This document shows positions 14,901 through 20,972 of a stretch of 23,431 bases of DNA, piece by piece. Origin of the DNA: a virus (taxonomy: Duplodnaviria; Heunggongvirae; Uroviricota; Caudoviricetes). Below the pieces are notes generated by a model that did not search any database, had not been told where the DNA came from, and saw nothing but the letters and a program-made list of their open reading frames with translations. The DNA is taken from positions 88,798 through 112,228 of the IMG/VR virus record IMGVR_UViG_3300017649_000001; one strand, given 5' to 3'. Each line of letters starts with the position of its first letter. Within the stretch, counting starts at the first letter, position 1. A program made the translations under genes and the position numbers.

Positions 14901-16625
14901 AGCGATCTGGCTGAGTACGACCTGCAGATCGCCCAAGCCGGTGGCAATTTTGTCAGCTTCCTACTCACAGAAACGATGTGGGAAAGCGACGTTCTTCCGG
15001 GCGTAGTTTACACGATCAAGCTTCGTGCGCGTGATAAGAACGCGAACAGTTCTCCATTTACGGATGAAATCCGACACGAGGCAGCGAAGGACGTTACACC
15101 TCCGGGTGCAATCACGAATGCGCGCATCGCTATCGGTCTTACATCGTTGTGGCTGAACTGGACCAATCCTTCCGATGACGATCTGGATCACATCGAAGTT
15201 TGGGAAGCGGCTGAAAATGATTTCACGAAGGCCGAACTTGTCGGCGTCACTGCCGGCAATTCGTTCCCCCGTACTGGTTTGGACAATCAGGTCGAGCGGT
15301 TCTATTGGCTCGTAGCTGTAGACACATCCGGCAACAAGTCGGCAGTTTCCGCTGTTGTGAGTGGAACTACCGCCGAGATGCCGGACGCAAAGCGTGTCAC
15401 GACGGTCGGTTTTGTTCTAAAGCCAAACGAACCTGATGCTGACAAAGTCTCCTGGGACGCTTTCCAAATTTCGTTTGGGAAGCCCGGCGGCGTGGTAACT
15501 ACTGAGAATGTCGAAGCGGGTAACGCAACTTGGCCTGGTGATGATCTCTACCTCTATTACGTCGAGGGAACCAACACTCTGAGATCGACGACTTCGGTCT
15601 CGACAATGTTCCTGCAGTACGGTCACCCTTTGGCCGTCTACCGCGGCGGCACCGATGTTGAGCTTTCGGGCGGTAAAACGCTTATGTCCGGCAAGGATAT
15701 CATCGCAGGCACCATCGGCGCCGAGCAATTGATTGCTAACGCGGCCATCATCACCGGTACAGCGCAGATCGCCGACGCCATCATTACAAGCGCAAAGATC
15801 GTCGAGCTGGATGCGGCTAAAATTAAGGCTGGCTCAGTTCTGTCCGAGACCGTTGTGGTTGGTGATGGTGGCGATGCACTGAAAGATATTGCCGATAAGG
15901 CGAACGATCCTGCTGGCCAGATCAATAAGGGCACCACGATCATTCAGCCCGGTAAGGTGCAGATCAACGGAAAGACAACTCTTTCTAGCTGGATATCTGG
16001 TAGCGATAATACCAGCATTGACGGCGGCAAGTTGGCAACCGGCTCGGTGAAAGCAAATTCGGCCGAGTTCGGGATGCGCGGTATCACCGTTGATGGCATT
16101 ACGTTCGAGCATAATAGCCCAAGCGCTAACAGAGTTTCCTGGACGGCAGGCGCGATCACTTATGTCGATGATGACGGCAGCTTCAAAACTGCAAATATTA
16201 CGGCAAGCAACGCCGCCTGGACGGCGGGCACGCTGTGGCTTTATTGGGTAAAGGGTGAGACGGTAATCCGTGCGACGACTGTCTACGCTACCGCGAATGC
16301 GACGAACAATATCATTCTGGCCACCTATAAGGGCACGGTGTTCTTGTTTGCCGCTTATGGACGCACGATTGTCGACGGCGGGCAGATCAAGACGCAGAGC
16401 ATCCAAACCGAGCAGCTCGCTGCCGGTGCGGTTACAGCTCAGGTTATTAGCGTCACATCGCTGTCTGCCATTTCTTCGAACCTTGGCGATATTCGCGGTG
16501 GCTCCTTGAACATTGCTGACAAGTTCATCGTCAACTCCGCGGGCCTCGTAACCGTGCGTTCTGCCGTTAGCGGCGCCCGGCTCGAGTTGACCAGCAATAG
16601 GCTCTTGATCGTGGATAATACTTGA
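11922..16625 (+). CDS. gpJ: Central tail fibre / host specificity protein J (1567 aa)
   Basis: ATGA overlap; EVLSEGPIVGL, WTDNPAWIFYDL, YCDQLVP...EPRFTYNG, GCTSRGLAHRYGKW motifs, then several FN3-like repeats and a beta-rich C-terminus. Confidence 0.96.
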   Translation: MIHATNFDPILSRMNANPFRGRGGGKGSGGGGDNNTLRSKAHMRLIEVLSEGPIVGLVDGKKSIYLDQTPLLGADGVENFENVIMEEHHGYPDDTPFVGFSAVENTISVDTQVKASSGGVVRTISNPDVTGVKVTVRYPALVKNDSKKGLKKTSVSYAIDLRSYGGDWTEVLKHDENNQKTVSAFQRQFRVKLPSTGAPWDIRVRRITPDSTDDNLQNETWFDSYTTIIEGRFTYPYTAAVAIEVNAEDMGSSMPARVYDVEGLIVSVPSNYDARLRKYVGVWNGTFKQSWTDNPAWIFYDLIKNDRYGLGEFIDADMIDKWSLYTIAQYCDQLVPSGFRDQNGNDVMEPRFTYNGVIQNRDEAFFVLQSITRAWRGMAFWAIGQVFATADMPADPVKLVTPANVINGEFEYSSTAIKARHSVVMVTWNNPDNFYQSEIEPVIDSKLLHKYNWREKQVTLEGCTSRGLAHRYGKWIIDSEQHETETLTYQASWDHADLRPGDLIAVSDPTKAMIRAGGRVVSHSGNEITLDADFEANAGESYWLMMTMPDGSVEKRPIGYWIDDNICVVSQPFSATALANAMFTITGTDIVPRQYRVLSIEEEEANIFRVTALQHDPQKYDRIEKGIVFDPLPYNRPDKTAKPPTGLKVTENGYVSNGKSFHTLTCSWTPPTNQTTRGYYITVDDPDGNTITLGFTENTSIDLDNVTGGLYTFKVQSINYVGTVSKAATFDFEAAGPEGFAKPSVEYVQLIDNPGSTEFTSRRLSFEWKNKFPTSMSAISGETDSYSPYYRANRVRIYRASDDVLLREAMVVGTQFTYEFEANESDNLAKGGQQPARNLRVAVSVLDTVGRESNPVSVVFNNPPPAAISPIYNVWENEIWLGYTKPTDADFEGVMMWVEEESGYDPATTAPAYEGPNNPHTFKLDYESVYYVRIAAYDAFGKTGLNYSSEVPITTLSSGADMEPPKTPTGLAAVSKLVNGRVRMTVTWNKNSESDLAEYDLQIAQAGGNFVSFLLTETMWESDVLPGVVYTIKLRARDKNANSSPFTDEIRHEAAKDVTPPGAITNARIAIGLTSLWLNWTNPSDDDLDHIEVWEAAENDFTKAELVGVTAGNSFPRTGLDNQVERFYWLVAVDTSGNKSAVSAVVSGTTAEMPDAKRVTTVGFVLKPNEPDADKVSWDAFQISFGKPGGVVTTENVEAGNATWPGDDLYLYYVEGTNTLRSTTSVSTMFLQYGHPLAVYRGGTDVELSGGKTLMSGKDIIAGTIGAEQLIANAAIITGTAQIADAIITSAKIVELDAAKIKAGSVLSETVVVGDGGDALKDIADKANDPAGQINKGTTIIQPGKVQINGKTTLSSWISGSDNTSIDGGKLATGSVKANSAEFGMRGITVDGITFEHNSPSANRVSWTAGAITYVDDDGSFKTANITASNAAWTAGTLWLYWVKGETVIRATTVYATANATNNIILATYKGTVFLFAAYGRTIVDGGQIKTQSIQTEQLAAGAVTAQVISVTSLSAISSNLGDIRGGSLNIADKFIVNSAGLVTVRSAVSGARLELTSNRLLIVDNT

Positions 16626-16633
16626 CCCATATT
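16605..16633 (+). promoter_or_regulatory. Sigma70-like promoter embedded in the 3' end of J
   Basis: TTGATC (16605-16610), 17 nt spacer, CATATT (16628-16633). Confidence 0.5.
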
Positions 16634-16646
16634 AACTAACTCGTTA
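16633..16646. promoter_or_regulatory. Palindromic box TAACTAACTCGTTA (copy 6)
   Basis: 11/12 match, identical to copy 4; 10 nt before the next ATG. Confidence 0.78.
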
Positions 16647-16656
16647 TTTATTATTC

Positions 16657-17052
16657 ATGTCAAATCGTATCCTTATCGGCGATCTCAATGGCGAAGAAGT
16701 GATCCGGGTTGCAAAACCCGGATACAACGTCGCTGATGTCAATTTGAGCATCGATGGATTGTCGTTTGACAGTCGATGGCAGGCGGTAGGCAAAATCTTG
16801 CTGTCGGGTAAAACCAGTCTACCAAGCAGAACGGCAAGTGATCCGGTGTATTCAGTTACGGTCTGGTATGGCCTCGCGCTGAAGAGGCCGCCATTTGCTT
16901 TCGCTTATGTTCGGGACATAATCCCGAATAGTTCGCCAGGAGCGTGGCAATTAGGGCCGCCACAAGTCTTTCAAGATCGGCTCGTATTCTCAACCGTTCC
17001 GGGCGGCTACAACTTCGCCAAAGATATTTCCTATTTTGTGATGGCGATCTGA
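16657..17052 (+). CDS. Post-J small protein, paralogue 1 (131 aa), putative tail tip accessory
   Basis: MSNRILIG...IRVAKPGYNV...LSFDS N-terminus shared with the next two genes. Confidence 0.75.
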   Translation: MSNRILIGDLNGEEVIRVAKPGYNVADVNLSIDGLSFDSRWQAVGKILLSGKTSLPSRTASDPVYSVTVWYGLALKRPPFAFAYVRDIIPNSSPGAWQLGPPQVFQDRLVFSTVPGGYNFAKDISYFVMAI

Positions 17053-17462
17053 TGAGTAACCGCATTCTCATCGGAGAACGATACGCCGGCAATCTAGGCG
17101 CTTGGGTGTCAAATCCCGGCTTCGATGTTCTGACGGCAGACGCGCAGGATCTCTCCTTTGACATGAACCGGGTGCCCTTTCGTGTGCTTCAGAAAGGGCA
17201 GTTCAACCATGTAGCTAATCAGGATTTCAACTACACGTATCGCGTTACGTTTCCGTCAATAGGATACCCGCCGATTATTCTCGGTCACATGATCAACACC
17301 TCTGATCCAACCTATTGGCTCGATGATGCCCAGTTCTCGTTCGATCAGATTCAGGAATCGTCTTTTCTACTTAAAATGTGGTCGTTTGGCTCTATCGGGG
17401 AAACCTACAAGTACAATCATACCTTCACCTATTACGTCACGAACATCCCGTTGGTGCAGTGA
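17052..17462 (+). CDS. Post-J small protein, paralogue 2 (136 aa)
   Basis: Start reassigned to ATG 17052 (TGATG overlap); MSNRILIG...AWVSNPGFDV...DLSFD. Confidence 0.75.
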   Translation: MSNRILIGERYAGNLGAWVSNPGFDVLTADAQDLSFDMNRVPFRVLQKGQFNHVANQDFNYTYRVTFPSIGYPPIILGHMINTSDPTYWLDDAQFSFDQIQESSFLLKMWSFGSIGETYKYNHTFTYYVTNIPLVQ

Positions 17463-17896
17463 TGGTAAATCGTGTTGTGATCGACCCCGCTTACGGTTTT
17501 CGAATTTCAAAGGCCGGTTTTGATGTGTTCTCGGCTGCGGACAAGGATCTCCTTTTTCGCGACACTTGGAGATTGCTGCGCGTTGCGAAATCCGGCGCAA
17601 TCTGGATTCCAGCAGCCAACGGCTCAAACCAGCAGTACGGCTCTCAGACGATCCCGCACGGCGTTACGCTAAGCTCCAACAATTTCATCGCCGGGTGGGC
17701 ACTCGGTGGCGGCGGATATGGATACTCGGTCGATTATTTCATCGTCGGCGGCAATGGCGGCGGCTCGTTATTCGACAATAACAACTATTACATTCATGCC
17801 GCTTTGGACCCGTGGAATATGCGCCTGGACTATCAGATTGGCGGCGTTTCCGGCTTCGGTGGCGCAGAACTTAAATACGTAATTATGGACTATTGA
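17462..17896 (+). CDS. Post-J small protein, paralogue 3 (144 aa)
   Basis: Start reassigned to ATG 17462 (TGATG overlap); MVNRVVID...FRISKAGFDV...DLLF. Confidence 0.75.
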   Translation: MVNRVVIDPAYGFRISKAGFDVFSAADKDLLFRDTWRLLRVAKSGAIWIPAANGSNQQYGSQTIPHGVTLSSNNFIAGWALGGGGYGYSVDYFIVGGNGGGSLFDNNNYYIHAALDPWNMRLDYQIGGVSGFGGAELKYVIMDY

Positions 17897-17899
17897 ACG

Positions 17900-18412
17900 A
17901 TGATCATTGAGTACGATAATTCCGGGCGCATCATTCATATGATCTACGATCCGGTCGATCCGACGATCGTGGATTTTTATACGTCTGAGGATTTTGAGGG
18001 TAATGTTTTGAACCTTGAGCCAATCCCTTGGCCGCCAACTCAGGATATCGACATTGATACGGGTCTTCCGGTTGTCGAAATTATCGATGAAGAAGAAATT
18101 CCAGTTATGTCGTCCAAGGGTAAAGACTATGCCAAGGTTGATATGACGGGTCAGTACATCAAGGATGGCGCTGTAACACGCAGGCCAACCTTTAATTTGC
18201 CTGAAATGACGGCTGCAGAAGTCGGCGATACGCTTCGCTTTGATGACCTTCCTCTGGGCACCGTTATATTTCTAGATGATGAACGTCACGAACTCTCCGA
18301 AAATCAGCTCACTCTGGAGTGCGATATGGCAGCCGATTACACGATTAAATTCGTGTGCTGGCCTTATATGGATGCGGCGGTAAAGGTTACGGTCAATGAA
18401 GCTCAGCCTTAA
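17900..18412 (+). CDS. Acidic hypothetical tail-associated protein (170 aa)
   Basis: Starts 3 nt after the previous stop and overlaps the next gene; function assigned from context only. Confidence 0.6.
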   Translation: MIIEYDNSGRIIHMIYDPVDPTIVDFYTSEDFEGNVLNLEPIPWPPTQDIDIDTGLPVVEIIDEEEIPVMSSKGKDYAKVDMTGQYIKDGAVTRRPTFNLPEMTAAEVGDTLRFDDLPLGTVIFLDDERHELSENQLTLECDMAADYTIKFVCWPYMDAAVKVTVNEAQP

Positions 18413-18782
18413 AAAGAACATCGACGCCTTGCGCGAAGGCGCTCTCGCGCAGATCGCAGTTGGCGCACAAGAAGCCTTAGCGAGATACAAATCTCCGAGC
18501 GAGTATGTGGCCAAAGCACATGCTCGAAAGCAAAGTGAACATGCTATTTATAAGCAGGATTCATCGCTAACCGCAGACGAACTGCCAATCATGTTCAGTG
18601 AGGCAGAAGCGCTTGGAACAGATATTCATACTGTGGCCGCCATCTGGGATCAGAAGATGAAAGAGGAGAGCCTGATTATTTCGCGAATTGAGGCAATCCG
18701 TTTAACTGCAAACAAAAAGGTGCGCGAGGCTACAACACCAACTGCAATAAATGAGGTTATAGCCCGGATCGAGTGGCCGTAA
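18396..18782 (+). CDS. Putative tail fibre assembly chaperone (DUF4376-like, 128 aa)
   Basis: Helical; ends ...IEAIRLTANKKVREATTPTAINEVIARIEWP, a pattern seen in fibre chaperones; family call is from recall. Confidence 0.5.
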   Translation: MKLSLKKNIDALREGALAQIAVGAQEALARYKSPSEYVAKAHARKQSEHAIYKQDSSLTADELPIMFSEAEALGTDIHTVAAIWDQKMKEESLIISRIEAIRLTANKKVREATTPTAINEVIARIEWP

Positions 18783-18817
18783 CTCAGTCTAAAATTGATT
18801 TCTGCCTTCTGTTGTGG

Positions 18818-18831
18818 TAACTAATTAGTTA
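18818..18831. promoter_or_regulatory. Palindromic box TAACTAATTAGTTA (copy 7, fully self-complementary)
   Basis: 12/12 match, with a second overlapping 11/12 copy at 18822-18835; 26 nt before the first lysis-cassette ATG. Confidence 0.8.
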
Positions 18832-18857
18832 GTTACCATTCCAACAGGAGTCTATCT

Positions 18858-19205
18858 ATGGCTGACACTCCGCGTCTTCTGGTTACGCCAGTAACCGTTG
18901 GCTTTTTTCTGTCGATTGTCAGCGCTCTGACAGTTGGCTGGAACGCAGTTGGCTACTTCAAAGGCATCGAACAAAAGAACGTCGAACAGGATTACCGCCT
19001 TGATCGCAGTGACAAGGATAATGAATCCATGCAGGCGACGATGAAAGAGAACAGCAAAGAAGTTTCCTCTTTGCGTGAGTCCATCGTCCGGCTGACGACA
19101 GTCATTGAATCCTCGACCGCCACAAAGCGCGCTGACTTTTTCCTCGGACCCCATTACCCGCAGAATTTAACTGCATCGGAGGACAAGTATGCGCCTCCGC
19201 GATGA
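18858..19205 (+). CDS. Single-TM membrane protein with coiled-coil tail (115 aa), possible holin/antiholin
   Basis: SD CAGGAG; hydrophobic residues about 7-32, then a charged heptad-like region; first gene of the lysis cluster. Confidence 0.6.
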   Translation: MADTPRLLVTPVTVGFFLSIVSALTVGWNAVGYFKGIEQKNVEQDYRLDRSDKDNESMQATMKENSKEVSSLRESIVRLTTVIESSTATKRADFFLGPHYPQNLTASEDKYAPPR

Positions 19206-19422
19206 CTGGAAACACATTCTCCGACACGCCTGGTCAGTACGACTGATCGTAATTGCCGCGCTGCTGTCCGCAGCCGAGGCGGCATTCCCATTCATGGAAG
19301 ATTATCTCGGATTGCCTCCACAGAAGTTCGCGCTTCTGACGGCGCTGATTACATTTCTGGCAATCCCCGCTCGCCTGATGGCTCAGAAATACACAATCAA
19401 GGATAAAGATGATGGCGAGTAG
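19189..19422 (+). CDS. Putative holin (two TM segments, 77 aa)
   Basis: SD GGAGG; W..I.R.AWSVRL..IAALLS.AE pattern, two hydrophobic stretches, charged C-terminus; overlaps the lysozyme start. Confidence 0.75.
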   Translation: MRLRDDWKHILRHAWSVRLIVIAALLSAAEAAFPFMEDYLGLPPQKFALLTALITFLAIPARLMAQKYTIKDKDDGE

Positions 19423-19897
19423 ATTGAAAAACATCGCTAAGGGCGTCACCGGCGTAACTGCTGCCGGCGCTCTTGCTATTTCACTGGTTGGCGGTTTCGA
19501 AGGTCTTCGTTTGACCGCCTATAAGGATATCGTGGGTATCTGGACTGCTTGCTACGGCGAGACGAAAGGTATCAAGCCTGGCATGAAATTCTCCAAGGAG
19601 ACCTGTAACAACATGCTCATCGATAGTCTGGTCGAGCATGAGCAGGGTATGCGCAGATGCCTGGTTAACCCGGACAAGGTCCCGGTCGAGACCTACATCG
19701 CAAATTTGTCACTGACCTACAACATCGGCACCGGCGCTTACTGCAAGTCAACAGCGGCCCGCAAGCTCAACGCTGGCGACATTCGCGGCAATTGCGAGGC
19801 TCTGACCATGTTCAATAAGGCTGGCGGTAAGGTCGTAAAGGGTCTTGTCGACCGCCGCGCCAAGGAGAAGGCCCTCTGTCTGAAGGGGCTATCCTGA
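19409..19897 (+). CDS. GH24 lysozyme, SAR-type endolysin (about 162 aa)
   Basis: Catalytic E-x8-D-x5-T (FEGLRLTAYKDIVGIWT); Gly/Ala-rich weakly hydrophobic N-terminus. The second ATG (19412) has the better SD spacing. Confidence 0.93.
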   Translation: MMASRLKNIAKGVTGVTAAGALAISLVGGFEGLRLTAYKDIVGIWTACYGETKGIKPGMKFSKETCNNMLIDSLVEHEQGMRRCLVNPDKVPVETYIANLSLTYNIGTGAYCKSTAARKLNAGDIRGNCEALTMFNKAGGKVVKGLVDRRAKEKALCLKGLS

Positions 19898-20250
19898 TGG
19901 GTCTCATCTCCATCGAGGGTAAATCTGTGATCTGGCTGGCGGCGACCGTAATTATGGTCGTCGCAGTCATCTCCGGTGGGGTCTTTGTTTATAACCGCAT
20001 CTACGACCGCGGCTATCAGGCCGCAAAAATCGAAGATGAGGCACTTATGCAGAGAATGAAAGAAGCCAATGAGCGGGCCATTACGGCTGCCGAAAAAGCG
20101 CTTCGGGAAGACCTAGCCAATCTGAAGCTCGAAAAGGACAAGCTGGAAAATGAAGTCAAGCGCCTCGATGATCAGGCTGATCAGGATCCTCATGCTGACA
20201 CTGGCGGCATCAAGCGCAGCAGCGTGCAGCGTCTCAACGCCATCCGCTAA
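19897..20250 (+). CDS. Inner-membrane spanin (Rz-like, 117 aa)
   Basis: TGATG overlap; one N-terminal TM followed by coiled coil; directly after the endolysin. Confidence 0.8.
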   Translation: MGLISIEGKSVIWLAATVIMVVAVISGGVFVYNRIYDRGYQAAKIEDEALMQRMKEANERAITAAEKALREDLANLKLEKDKLENEVKRLDDQADQDPHADTGGIKRSSVQRLNAIR

Positions 20251-20497
20251 GGCTCCAATCAATCTGCCCGAGCTTCCGAAAGAGCTTTACTGCGATCCTG
20301 AGAAGGACGAGACATGCGCGCCAGTATGTCCTTATGCAACCGAAATTCCCGACCGAGACATAAATCAGTCTGAAGTAGAGAAACTGTGGCGCCAAGACCG
20401 GGTCAGTCTGAAAACATGCCGTGATAAGCTTACTAGCACTGTTAAATATTATCAGGTTCTTCGAAGCAATCTGTCAGCTCCCGAGCCAACTCTCTAA
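20168..20497 (+). CDS. Outer-membrane spanin lipoprotein (Rz1-like, about 109 aa)
   Basis: Start reassigned to ATG 20168: MIRLIRILMLTLAASSAAA-C (Cys codon 20225-20227), proline-rich after the lipobox; overlaps the i-spanin 3' end in another frame. Confidence 0.78.
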   Translation: MIRLIRILMLTLAASSAAACSVSTPSAKAPINLPELPKELYCDPEKDETCAPVCPYATEIPDRDINQSEVEKLWRQDRVSLKTCRDKLTSTVKYYQVLRSNLSAPEPTL

Positions 20498-20543
20498 TTA
20501 GTATATATCTTAAAAGGTATGTTGATAATAATTAGAGAGTTGG
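20486..20543. repeat. Perfect 15-bp inverted repeat CCAACTCTCTAATTA / TAATTAGAGAGTTGG with a 28-nt AT-rich spacer
   Basis: Arms at 20486-20500 and 20529-20543, read directly. Confidence 0.85.
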
Positions 20544-20584
20544 TCGCTCATCCCGGTTCCAAAACCGAGCTATGTAATGTAAAC

Positions 20585-20602
20585 TAACTATTCAATTAGT
20601 TA
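20585..20602. promoter_or_regulatory. Degenerate box TAACTA-TTCAAT-TAGTTA (copy 8)
   Basis: Both perfect half-sites but 6 nt apart, equivalent to two overlapping 10/12 copies; 16 nt before the next ATG. Confidence 0.55.
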
Positions 20603-20618
20603 TTTCCGGATATGTTCG

Positions 20619-20972
20619 ATGGCCTCTTACGACCAATATCTCCAGGGTAAAGCGATCCAGACCGGCTGTGAGTGGCGACTGCGGTTCACTGTTCAGTCTG
20701 AAGTGCTGGAAACCTTTCCAACGACTGCAAAATTTGTCGCCCAGTTTCGCGAGAAGCCGGAAGGACCGGTGCTTGCTGAGCTGACGACGGCTAATGGCGG
20801 AATTGTTCGGATCGACGGGAACTCTTTAGAGCTGGTTCTCAAAGGAACTATGACAGCGGGTTGGAGCATCAGCTCGGTCATGACCGATATCGTTCGAACG
20901 GACGGCGCCCAGAAGGTTCATCTTGGCTTCGACCTTATCATTCCGGTCAAGAAATCGATCACGAGGGTATAA
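20619..20972 (+). CDS. Putative side-fibre attachment/collar protein (117 aa, beta-rich)
   Basis: Coupled (TAATG) to the fibre gene; alternating hydrophobic strands; function from context. Confidence 0.5.
   Translation: MASYDQYLQGKAIQTGCEWRLRFTVQSEVLETFPTTAKFVAQFREKPEGPVLAELTTANGGIVRIDGNSLELVLKGTMTAGWSISSVMTDIVRTDGAQKVHLGFDLIIPVKKSITRV

Noticed and set aside
15390-16424. J duplication as a diversity-generating retroelement TR/VR pair
   Set aside because: Similarity is only about 34% at protein level, not a near-identical DNA repeat differing at adenines; no reverse transcriptase in the window.
10434-20167. Longer track starts at 10434, 11245, 16944, 17378 and 20150
   Set aside because: They extend deep into upstream genes; downstream ATGs give stop-start coupling and family-typical N-termini.
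2242-20602. Boxes as CRISPR repeats, or as T4-type TATAAATA late promoters
   Set aside because: They are dispersed, not arrayed with spacers. TAAATA occurs in only three copies, while the dyad arms are what is conserved; a phage-sigma role is not fully excluded.
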